Origin: an uncultured Solirubrobacterales bacterium
Lineage (GTDB): Bacteria; Actinomycetota; Thermoleophilia; Solirubrobacterales; Solirubrobacteraceae
Direction: 5' to 3'
Assembly: GCA_963755525.1 (NCBI GenBank)
Contig: CAVWKC010000024.1
Span: forward strand, 58,251 to 122,250
Length of the DNA stretch: 64,000 nucleotides
Below, in pieces: positions 18,147 through 26,905 of this stretch (the stretch's first letter is position 1; each line of letters starts with the position of its first letter). The position numbers were made by a program, and so were the translations under genes. The notes under the pieces were generated by a model. That model was not told where the DNA came from. It made no database searches and saw nothing but the letters and a program-made list of their open reading frames with translations.

Positions 18147-19910
18147 TCATCCGGCGTTCGCGCGCTCGACAAACGTCATTCCGGGCGGCACTGAGATCCA
18201 AGCCGACCTGCTGCCGCCGTACTGGTCTCCCAACATCGTGCCCGTCAGCGGAAGCTCGAGCGCGGCTGTCGCGCGGTTGAGGATTCTCATTCCGTCGGCT
18301 TCGACATAGGCCACGATTTGGCCGCCTGCGGCCGCTTCGCGCCAGGCGTTCAGTCGGAGCAGGCCCTGGCCGATCTCGGCCAAGGTGGGCTGGACAATTG
18401 GCATCGACGGAAGCACCAAGCTCTGATAAAGGCCCAGCACCCGATCCAACAGCTCGCAAACGAGGCTTGAGCCAGAGCCGTTTTCACCGTTCTCGTTCGC
18501 GAGCAGGTTGCTCTGGTGAAAGAAATGTGGGCGTGGATCATTCCCGAGCAGCTTGACGAGTATTCGTCTCGCTTCCCTCCAGATGAGCTGTGGCCAGGAT
18601 TCATCAGGGGCCTGGCCAGTGCTTCTCAGCCGATCCAGCAGCTGTTTAGCGGTGGCGACGTCGTATGCCAACGCCGTCGGATAGCGGGGTATCGCCAGGG
18701 CGCCTCCGGTGACGAACGACGCCCCCGCGGGCACGGGTCGGCTGCCCGGCTCCGAGCCGCCAGCCGCGTAAGGGCGTGATGCATCGCAGGCCAGAAACCG
18801 GATCTTGCGTGCGCTGAGAGCCGCAGCGAGATTTCGGTTCTCCGCGCGCGGCGGCGTGGCAGCCAGGTTCGCGAGTCCGGTGTGCTCTCCGGTGATGAGA
18901 ACCTGCGGCTCGAACTCGATGCCGTGCTCTGCTGCCCATTCCAGGTTCTGTTCGATCTCGCGTTCGATCACCTCACCCGAGGCCTCGTCGAGGTTTCGGT
19001 GCTCGAAGGTGTGATTGATCCAGCCAAAGACGTCTCGGTCGGCGACCAGCGCGTCCAGCAGCGGATCGCGGTCGATGCCGCGCTCGCACACGTAGCGCCG
19101 GCTGCCGCCACCGTTACAGGCCAAGTCGAGCCGTATGCCTCGTGAACGGGACCAGCGAGCGGTTCGCGCCGCGTCACCAGCCGTCATGCGAAGGATCGCT
19201 ACGCCGTCGGTCGCGGTGGCATGCCGCTCCGGATCCCAGCTCTGATTGGGCAGCAGGACATCGTCAACCTGGACGCTGAGGTAGTTGCGCTGGTAGCCGA
19301 GGTGGGTCCCCCGAGTCAGCCACGCCAATATGCCTTGACGCAGAAGCTGGCCCTGGACCTGGCCGCTGTTCGCGTCGAACGTCTGAACCATCCGCTCGCG
19401 ACCGTCCCCGTCAAGATGGATCCCGAGCAGGCTCGAGCCATCCGGCGCGACCAGCAAGCTCTCAAAGCACTCGTCGGGATCTGGCCTCGCGAGATGGCCC
19501 CAGGTACCGAGGTCAATCGGCACCGAGCCTCTGAGATACGGAAAAATCTCCAGTCCGCGCTCGGTCAGACACGCTGTGATGTTGTCGAGCCTGCCAGACC
19601 ACGTGGGGGCTGTCAGTCCATGTATAGGACCCGGATAGGCGTAGGCCGTGAGCCGCCGCAGCCCGAGGTCACGCTCGAGGCCGTCAAGAGCGGCGCGCTG
19701 TTCGCGATCCAGCGCGGACTCGAGCAGTCCGTCCTTGGCGAGGATCAGCGCCTGGTATCGGACAGTCCCATCCGGGCGGACGATGCTCAGTGTGGACCGC
19801 TGATCGGTCAGCGCGATCGCGTCAAACGGCACGGCTGCGTCGGCTAGCGAGGTTCGCCAGGTCTCGTATCCCGGCTCAATGCCGGACGCCCCGAGCAACA
19901 GGATCCGCAT
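18147..19910 (-). CDS. Agd3-like (CE18) deacetylase homologue with no evident signal peptide
   Basis: RNYLSVQVDD, WINHTFEH, GEHTG, IPRYP and FFHQSN, collinear with 14008-17190. Alternative ATGs at 19922 and 19934. Confidence 0.8.
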   Translation of the reverse strand: MRILLLGASGIEPGYETWRTSLADAAVPFDAIALTDQRSTLSIVRPDGTVRYQALILAKDGLLESALDREQRAALDGLERDLGLRRLTAYAYPGPIHGLTAPTWSGRLDNITACLTERGLEIFPYLRGSVPIDLGTWGHLARPDPDECFESLLVAPDGSSLLGIHLDGDGRERMVQTFDANSGQVQGQLLRQGILAWLTRGTHLGYQRNYLSVQVDDVLLPNQSWDPERHATATDGVAILRMTAGDAARTARWSRSRGIRLDLACNGGGSRRYVCERGIDRDPLLDALVADRDVFGWINHTFEHRNLDEASGEVIEREIEQNLEWAAEHGIEFEPQVLITGEHTGLANLAATPPRAENRNLAAALSARKIRFLACDASRPYAAGGSEPGSRPVPAGASFVTGGALAIPRYPTALAYDVATAKQLLDRLRSTGQAPDESWPQLIWREARRILVKLLGNDPRPHFFHQSNLLANENGENGSGSSLVCELLDRVLGLYQSLVLPSMPIVQPTLAEIGQGLLRLNAWREAAAGGQIVAYVEADGMRILNRATAALELPLTGTMLGDQYGGSRSAWISVPPGMTFVERANAG

Positions 19911-20152
19911 CTCAATGCACATCGCAGCGGGCATTGTTCACGTTTGGGCCAAGTAGTTGCGCATAATCATTACAGACCGACCATCCCTCGTCGGTGGTCG
20001 TGTGTCCCGGTGAAGTTCACGCGCTGAACAGAAATCCTGCTCACGGGCTATGGCCGCGGGCGTCCGACGGCCTCACAATTGGGCGCGTGAGGGCCGGACC
20101 AGACGCGCAACCATCCGCTGACGTGCTGCCAGAACGGCGGTTCGCCCGGCCC

Positions 20153-21697
20153 ATGACCTCGCGACGCCTCGTACACCCAGACGAGATCGGCCGTCGCAGC
20201 CCGATCTCGGCCACAGCAATCGGCGTGCCCAGCGGAGGCGCTCAGCCCCGCGTGCGACCCCGTGCGCGACCTCGGGTGTTGCTGATCACCGAGGGCACGT
20301 ACCCCTACGCGGTAGGTGGCGTGAGTTCCTGGTGTCACGCCGTGCTCACCGGGTTGTCCGAAATCGACTGGGACGTTCTGCCGATTCTGGCCGGCCGCAA
20401 GCACCAACGTCCGACCGTCAAGCTGCCGCCAAACACGAGGCTGCTGCGTTCGATCGACCTGTGGTCCGAAAGTCGGCCGCCGCGACGCTTGCATGCTCGT
20501 CGCGCTGCCGACCACGGGTCGCTTCCCGCGCAACTGTTGCGAGGGCTGATGCCATGGGAGGGCGACCTCGAAGGTCTCACGGCCGCCCTCCTGCGGTGCC
20601 GGCGCAACCCCGAGTCGATCAGACCGGAGTTCCGAGGGCGAGAGAGCTGGGAGAGGTTCGTTTCAGAACTCGAGCTCCTACTGATGGCCAGCCATCGGGA
20701 TTCCGCGCCGGCACCGATCTACGACGCGATCGAGGCCGCGAGGCTCTACCAGGCGCTCTATTGGGTAGCTCGAACGGCTGCCGTACCGACACCGCGCTGT
20801 GACGTCATCCACGTGACTGCCGCGGGGTGGTCCGGAATCCCGGCCATCATCCACAAGGCGCTGTACGGCACCCCGCTGCTACTCACCGAGCATGGGGTGT
20901 ACGTTCGCGAGGCCTACCTCGCCTCGGTCCGCGAGGCCGCTGCGAGGCCGGGTCATGGGCACATCTCGCCAAGACTCGCGCTCGGCATGACGCGCGCTGT
21001 CTATGCCGCCGCCGATGTCATCGCTCCGGTTACCGAGGCCAATGCCGAGTGGGAGCGCGGGCTCGGGGTTGACCCGGCCAAGATCCGCGTGATTCCGAAC
21101 GGGATCGATCCGCCGAAGGAGCAGACCGCCCCTCCTAACATCAAGAAAGTGATCGCGATGGGGAGACTGGATCCGCTCAAGGACGTGCAGACAATGTTGC
21201 TGGTCGCGAACGAAGTGACGCGCCGGCTGCCGGAGGCGAGGTTCGAGTGCTACGGCCCCCCGACCCTGGGGCAGGAGATGTACGCAGATGCCTGCGCGGT
21301 CATGCACCGTCAGCTCGGATTGGGCGACCGGTTTCGCTTCATGGGCGGTACCGGGGATCCCAACGGGGCGATTCGCAGCGGTGATCTGGTCCTGATGACG
21401 AGCATCTCGGAGGCAATGCCGATGACTTTGCTCGAGGCGATGGGAGAGGCCCGGCCGATCGTCGCGACGAGCGTTGGTGGTGTCCCGTCCGTCATCCGTG
21501 GGTGCGGGCTGATCGCGCCTCCGGGTGATGTACACGAGCTGGCCACGGCTGTTGTCACCCTGCTGTGCAATCCCGCCCTCGGGGCGCGACTTGGCCGGCG
21601 AGGATACGAGCGAGTTCATCGAAAGTACACGCTGTCGCGCTGCCTTGGCGCCTACGATCGGCTGATCCGCGAGCTGGCGGGCACGGCAGCGGCATGA
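20153..21697 (+). CDS. pelF: PelF-like GT4 glycosyltransferase (DUF3492 + GT-B)
   Basis: LITEGTYPYAVGGVSSW, LLLTEHGVYVRE, IPNGID, GRLDPLKD, and the E-x7-E motif SISEAMPMTLLEAM. Start uncertain; the frame is open from 19994. Confidence 0.92.
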   Translation: MTSRRLVHPDEIGRRSPISATAIGVPSGGAQPRVRPRARPRVLLITEGTYPYAVGGVSSWCHAVLTGLSEIDWDVLPILAGRKHQRPTVKLPPNTRLLRSIDLWSESRPPRRLHARRAADHGSLPAQLLRGLMPWEGDLEGLTAALLRCRRNPESIRPEFRGRESWERFVSELELLLMASHRDSAPAPIYDAIEAARLYQALYWVARTAAVPTPRCDVIHVTAAGWSGIPAIIHKALYGTPLLLTEHGVYVREAYLASVREAAARPGHGHISPRLALGMTRAVYAAADVIAPVTEANAEWERGLGVDPAKIRVIPNGIDPPKEQTAPPNIKKVIAMGRLDPLKDVQTMLLVANEVTRRLPEARFECYGPPTLGQEMYADACAVMHRQLGLGDRFRFMGGTGDPNGAIRSGDLVLMTSISEAMPMTLLEAMGEARPIVATSVGGVPSVIRGCGLIAPPGDVHELATAVVTLLCNPALGARLGRRGYERVHRKYTLSRCLGAYDRLIRELAGTAAA

Positions 21698-23067
21698 GTT
21701 CGTCCACGGGGCGTGCGAGCGAGCTCGGGAACCTGAGCCCAGCTGCGGCGAACCCTGCCTCGGACGACCGATACGCCGAGGCGGTCCTCGATGCCCGCCT
21801 CGGGCGCGAGGCACGAGATGTGCTCGAGGCGACCGTGGTGCTCGAGGCATGGACGGGGCGCCCCGCAAGGCGCGCCATGGGACATGCGCGGCGTTTGGTC
21901 AGCCTTGACGGCCCAAGTCCGCGCGCCATAAGCGACCTCGACCCGTTCGATGACTCAACCCAGCACAGCGTAGTGGCAGAGGGGATTGCGTTGGTGCTGC
22001 TGATCCTGTCTGTGGCTGCCTGGGCATCGCCGATCAGCAAGCAGCTCGGCCCTGACGTGCTCTCCGATGCGATTCGGGTGGCGCTTCCGATCGCCGTTGC
22101 TCTCCAGTGGGGGCTACGAAGCCGGTACCTGAGCCGCCCCGAAGGGCTGGAGTGTCTTGCGCGCGACGGGGTACCCGTCTTAGTGTGGTGTCTGCTGCTG
22201 GCAGCTGTGCCCCTGCTCTCGTTTGACGGTTGGGGCCCGGTGGCCGCGATGCTGGTTCCAGTCTGGGTTGGCGGAACGGTCATCACGATGCGAGGCTGGG
22301 GCCTGCTGTACGCCGGAGTACTGGTGGTGGGCACGGTCGCGATGGAGCGTGCCGTGAACCCATACATCGTGCTCGGCTCGCTGGCGGGGATCACGCTGCT
22401 GATCTGCCTCGCGGCCGTGGGATCCGTTTCGCCGCGCACGGACTTCCGCGCGGGCTCCTTGCCCCGCGCCATGCTGGCAGGGTTAATCGGAGGCTTCATC
22501 GGCATCCTGCTCGTCGCGGATCCAAGCCTCGGTTGGGGTGTCCACGGCCTTCACCCGGCGATCGCCCTGCTGCCGTCGGCAATCGGTAGCTTCTGGGGGG
22601 GCTATTACCTGTGGAACTTCTACGACGCCGTTCCACGCGGCCTGCGCGGGGTGCCACTCAAAGGAGCAAGCCGCATCGCGATGTCCGACCCGGCCATGTC
22701 GATCTTCGTCGGTGGAATCGCGCGACTGCTGGGGGCGACCGTCGTACTGTCCGCGGTCGTGATCGGAGTGGGGCACTGGACTCACGGGACCGACGCCGCG
22801 AGCGTATTCGTGGCATTTGGGCTCGTCGGCCTCCTATGCTTGCTCGTCGGCCTACTCGAGGCATTCTCGCTCTACCGCGCAGCGCTGATCGCGACGTCCG
22901 CTGCGTTGGCCACCGAGCTGATCTGGCGGAGCGCGCTGAGTCCGACCGTTCCGGGCGGAGCGCTCGTGGCGGGCGCCGCCGTCGGTGTGCTGCTCAGCCT
23001 TCCGGTGCTGCTAATTCGGTTGGCACGCTCTGGAGGGGTACTCGCGACGACGCTTTGGATCCAGTAG
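21694..23067 (+). CDS. Polytopic membrane protein coupled to pelF (PelG position; putative polymer export partner)
   Basis: ATGA overlap with pelF and about 12 hydrophobic segments. PelG homology is not demonstrable by eye. Confidence 0.7.
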   Translation: MSSSTGRASELGNLSPAAANPASDDRYAEAVLDARLGREARDVLEATVVLEAWTGRPARRAMGHARRLVSLDGPSPRAISDLDPFDDSTQHSVVAEGIALVLLILSVAAWASPISKQLGPDVLSDAIRVALPIAVALQWGLRSRYLSRPEGLECLARDGVPVLVWCLLLAAVPLLSFDGWGPVAAMLVPVWVGGTVITMRGWGLLYAGVLVVGTVAMERAVNPYIVLGSLAGITLLICLAAVGSVSPRTDFRAGSLPRAMLAGLIGGFIGILLVADPSLGWGVHGLHPAIALLPSAIGSFWGGYYLWNFYDAVPRGLRGVPLKGASRIAMSDPAMSIFVGGIARLLGATVVLSAVVIGVGHWTHGTDAASVFVAFGLVGLLCLLVGLLEAFSLYRAALIATSAALATELIWRSALSPTVPGGALVAGAAVGVLLSLPVLLIRLARSGGVLATTLWIQ

Positions 23068-23217
23068 CCCGCGAATGCCGGCAAGTTCAGGGGGTTGAAC
23101 GATATCTGCACGAGGTGACCCATATACCGAGTTGCCCTCGGTGGTCAAAGTAGCTACAGGACGCAGCGCTGGGCACGCCTCACAAGAGATCCGACTCGGA
23201 TATAGAACGGACTTCGC

Positions 23218-23763
23218 ATGGTCTTCAAGTCATCGGCTCGACGGAACTCACGCAACGACACCCAGATCGTCGTAGCGACCGCAGCGGCAGGCGCTACGAC
23301 CGGCCCGGAGCGGCCGCCGTCGCAACCGGTTGCGCGGCTCGAGACCGAGCCCTTCCAAGGGTTCAAGCGGAGGCTCGAGCGGGCACGAGGTCTGATTGAG
23401 GAGCAGGAGTTCACCGCCTCCGTCGAACAGGAGGACGATCTACGGCTGAAGGTGATGCTGCTTCAAGAGGAAAATGCGCGCCTGAAGGCCGCCCGCCACA
23501 AGCCGGCGGATCCCGGCACCGTGATCGAAGAGATGCGGATGCTTGTCGATTCGAGCGCCGTGGCCGAGGTGCTCGACGAAACGTGGAGCATCCTCGGTGA
23601 ATGCCTGGCGCTGCGCGAAGGACTCGACCGAGCATGCATCGAGATACAGGCCGCAATGACCTCTGTGCGAGAGAGACTCAGCACGCTTGGGGTGAAGATT
23701 GAGAGCATCGGTCCTGAGAAAGCCCGCACGCAAGACCAGGATGAAGCGTCGCTCTCAGCGTGA
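23218..23763 (+). CDS. Hypothetical coiled-coil protein
   Basis: Heptad-like LKVMLLQEENARLKAA, charged and helical composition. Confidence 0.7.
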   Translation: MVFKSSARRNSRNDTQIVVATAAAGATTGPERPPSQPVARLETEPFQGFKRRLERARGLIEEQEFTASVEQEDDLRLKVMLLQEENARLKAARHKPADPGTVIEEMRMLVDSSAVAEVLDETWSILGECLALREGLDRACIEIQAAMTSVRERLSTLGVKIESIGPEKARTQDQDEASLSA

Positions 23764-24007
23764 TCCCGAGCCGCCCGGGGAACTCGAGAAGCGTGTGAAC
23801 GATGCGCTCACCGACCTGAGCGCCTACGCGCTGACACTGGATATCGAGTGTCACAGGTTGGACAATCGCGTGCTCGAGCTCACCCAGCAGGACTCTTCGG
23901 CGTCTGAACGCCGTGCCGTCGTGCGGAAGCGCGATGAGATTGCCGATGAGCTGGACGCATTTCGCCAGGTCATCAGCGAGCTGCAGCAGCAGATCCCGCG
24001 GAGCTAG
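23741..24007 (+). CDS. Small hypothetical coiled-coil protein
   Basis: ATG 23741 overlaps the previous gene. Amphipathic helical sequence of 88 aa. Confidence 0.6.
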   Translation: MKRRSQRDPEPPGELEKRVNDALTDLSAYALTLDIECHRLDNRVLELTQQDSSASERRAVVRKRDEIADELDAFRQVISELQQQIPRS

Positions 24008-24122
24008 AAGTTGCGCCGATCAGTGTATGAACGAGGGATGGCCCTGTAACCCCATTGACCGTGCCCTCCGGATAACGGTTAATCGATTCAAACATCAATG
24101 TGGCTCAGTAAGGGGTCGGGGG

Positions 24123-25976
24123 ATGTGCGGCATCATCGGATATGTCGGTAGGCGGCCGTGTGAACGGCTGCTGCTCGACGGACTTAGAAAACTCGAGTAC
24201 CGAGGCTATGACTCGGCTGGGATAGCCTGGCGTGAGGGTGAATCGGCGGGCTGCATCAAGACCGTCGGAAACCTCGACGCGCTGGAGGCAGCACTAGCCG
24301 CTTCCAGAGCGGTTCGTCACGCCGTCGCGACGGCGACGGACGCGCCCTCCGCGGGGATCGGACACACACGGTGGGCCACCCACGGCGCCGTCACTGAACA
24401 GAACGCTCATCCCCATGAGGACGCCAGCGGTCGTTTCCGGATAGTGCTGAACGGGATCATCGAGAATCATCTCGAGCTCCGCGGCCGCCTTGCCGCCGAC
24501 CTGGTTGCGCTGCGGTCGGACACCGATGCCGAGGTTGTTGCCCATCTGATCGCGCTCAATTACGACGGTGATCTTGCCGACGCCGTACGCCGATCGCTCG
24601 CAGATCTCGAGGGTCATTACGCGATCGTCGCGATGTACGACGGCGAACCTGGCGCACTGATCGGGGTCAGGCAGGAATGCCCGCTCGTGGTCGGGCTGGG
24701 CGCCGGTGAGCAGTTCATCGCTTCGTCAATCTCAGCGTTTCTCTCGCACACGCGCGAGGTCGCGGTGCTCCGGGACGGAGAGATCGCGGTGTTGCGGGCG
24801 GACGAGGTCCTTGTCTTCGACGTCAAGGGACTGCCTCATCGGCCGGCCCCTACCGAGGTGGAGTGGGACGAGGATCGCTACGAGAAGGACGGATTTGAGA
24901 CATTCATGCTCAAGGAGATCCACGAGCAGGGCATCGCGGTCAGAGAAACGGTTTCGCAATGGCGTGCGAACGTGGAACGCAATGCCGCGGGTGGCCTCGC
25001 TCCGGATCGTCTGCGAAAGCTCAATCGAATCATCGTCGTGGGCTGCGGTACCTCCTACCATGCCGGTCTCGCTGCACGGAACGCGATCGAGCGCTGGGCT
25101 CGTATTCCCGTCGAGGTCGAGGTGGCTTCCGAGTTTCGGTATCGGGAGCCGATCGTCGAGAACGGCTCATTCGTGCTCGGGATCACGCAGTCGGGAGAGA
25201 CCGCCGACACGCTAGCTGCGATGCGGCTGGCCAGAGAGCGCGGCGCCACGGTGTTGGCGGTCACCAACGCGCCCGCGAGTCAGGCGACCCGCGACTCGGA
25301 CGGCGTCCTTTTCACGCGGGCGGGACTGGAGATCGGGGTGGCGGCGACCAAGACGTTCGTCGCGCAGGTGGTATTGCTGTATGAGCTGGCGATCCATCTA
25401 GCAGCGGTCAGGGGTTCGCAGTCAGCGGCCACGCTGGCCGAACTGCAGGCGGCACTCGAGGGGCTGCCCGAGTTGATCGATCACGTCGTCGAGTCCCTCG
25501 ATCAGTCGATCCGCGAACTCGCCGAGCGTTTGGCGTTGTGTCCCTTCTTCCTTTACCTCGGCCGCCTAACCGGTCTGCCGGTCGCGCTCGAGGGCGCATT
25601 GAAGCTCAAGGAAATCTCTTATATCCCGGCGGATGCGTACGCCGCGGGCGAGATGAAGCACGGACCGATTGCTCTGTTGGGCCCTGAGACGCCGGTTATC
25701 TGCGTGGCCACGGATCGGCGCGTCCTGCCTAAGCTGCTCTCGAACCTCTCGGAGGTTCGGGCTCGAGGTGCCCGAGTGGTGGCGATCGCAAGCGAGGGAT
25801 GCAAGGAGATCGCCGAACACGCCGAGTATGTGATCTACGTTCCGGATACCGATCCACTATTGCAAGTCGTCCTGGGCATCATCCCGCTGCAGCTGTTCGC
25901 GTATCGCGTCGCCCGCGCGCGAGGGCTCAATGTCGACCAGCCGCGCAACCTTGCCAAGACAGTCACGGTCGAATAG
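24123..25976 (+). CDS. glmS: Glutamine--fructose-6-phosphate transaminase (isomerizing)
   Basis: MCGIIGY, LEYRGYDSAG, GHTRWATHG, QSGETADT, EGALKLKEISY and PRNLAKTVTVE. Confidence 0.98.
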   Translation: MCGIIGYVGRRPCERLLLDGLRKLEYRGYDSAGIAWREGESAGCIKTVGNLDALEAALAASRAVRHAVATATDAPSAGIGHTRWATHGAVTEQNAHPHEDASGRFRIVLNGIIENHLELRGRLAADLVALRSDTDAEVVAHLIALNYDGDLADAVRRSLADLEGHYAIVAMYDGEPGALIGVRQECPLVVGLGAGEQFIASSISAFLSHTREVAVLRDGEIAVLRADEVLVFDVKGLPHRPAPTEVEWDEDRYEKDGFETFMLKEIHEQGIAVRETVSQWRANVERNAAGGLAPDRLRKLNRIIVVGCGTSYHAGLAARNAIERWARIPVEVEVASEFRYREPIVENGSFVLGITQSGETADTLAAMRLARERGATVLAVTNAPASQATRDSDGVLFTRAGLEIGVAATKTFVAQVVLLYELAIHLAAVRGSQSAATLAELQAALEGLPELIDHVVESLDQSIRELAERLALCPFFLYLGRLTGLPVALEGALKLKEISYIPADAYAAGEMKHGPIALLGPETPVICVATDRRVLPKLLSNLSEVRARGARVVAIASEGCKEIAEHAEYVIYVPDTDPLLQVVLGIIPLQLFAYRVARARGLNVDQPRNLAKTVTVE

Positions 25977-26865
25977 GGCGATCGTCGTTCTCGGCGGCGG
26001 TCGTGGGCTGGCCTGCGTGCTGAAGGCACTGCGTGACCAGAACGCTGACTTGACGGTGATCGTGAGCATTGCAAATGACCAGGAGAGTCATGAGCTCCCC
26101 AGCGCCCGGGCGGTGGAAGATTTGCGACGCTCGCTGGAGGCGTTGACCGGCGAGGAGGGAGCGCTCCTACGCGCCATCAGAAGGCCGCTCACAATCGGCC
26201 GCCTCGGCGAGGAACCGTTGGGCAACCTCGTGCTTGGTTCAGTGGCCTCCGCCTTCGGCGACTACGGCACCGCAAGCAGATGGCTGGGGGAGAAGCTCGG
26301 CATCGCGGGGGCGGTGTTGCCTGCGACGACCCAGCCCGTGCCACGTGAGATAGAACCGCTCGCCGAAGGGTTCCCCGATGCTCCTTCGGTCAGCCCGGGG
26401 CACGAGCTCAAGCGGCTTCGATTCGCTTCCGAGCAGATCGAGACACCGGCGGCTGCGATCTCGGCGATCGACGAAGCCCAGTGGGTGCTACTGGCGCCCG
26501 GGTCGCTATATCGAAGCGTGCTTTCCACAGCCGCGGTTCCGCAGGTGGCTTCCGCACTCTCACGCACGCCCGGCCAAGTGGTTTGGATTGCCAGCGTCGC
26601 GCCGGGCTCGCGAGACACCGCCGGCATGGCCGGCGTCGATTACCTCCGCGCGCTTCGCCTGCACGGGGTCCGTGTCGACGTGGTCCTACATGATCCATCG
26701 GCGACGCTCCGTTTCGATGCCTCTGTGCTCGCTAGCTACGGCGCGCGATCAGTAGCTCGACCGCTACGCAGCCACCGCGACCACGCTCTCCATGATCCCG
26801 CCATGCTGAGCGCGGCGCTCGACGAGATGATCGGTTCGCGCGTCAACGCCCCGGTTGAGGGCTGA
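25930..26865 (+). CDS. yvcK: YvcK/GlmR (CofD-related, UPF0052) family protein, divergent
   Basis: IVVLGGGRGL, LTVIVS, LGNLVL, VLPAT and APGSLYRSV. ATG 25930 follows GAGGG and overlaps glmS by 47 nt. Confidence 0.8.
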   Translation: MSTSRATLPRQSRSNRAIVVLGGGRGLACVLKALRDQNADLTVIVSIANDQESHELPSARAVEDLRRSLEALTGEEGALLRAIRRPLTIGRLGEEPLGNLVLGSVASAFGDYGTASRWLGEKLGIAGAVLPATTQPVPREIEPLAEGFPDAPSVSPGHELKRLRFASEQIETPAAAISAIDEAQWVLLAPGSLYRSVLSTAAVPQVASALSRTPGQVVWIASVAPGSRDTAGMAGVDYLRALRLHGVRVDVVLHDPSATLRFDASVLASYGARSVARPLRSHRDHALHDPAMLSAALDEMIGSRVNAPVEG

Positions 26866-26905
26866 TCGCTCCCGGTCGACGGAATCCCGATGCGTCCGCG
26901 GCGGT

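Noticed and set aside
24011-24072. glmS ribozyme upstream of glmS (GCGCC...ACGAGG...TGCCCTCCGG)
   Set aside because: Only fragments match. The AGCGCC cleavage context, the P1 stem and the UUAUCGA/UCGGCGG core are absent.
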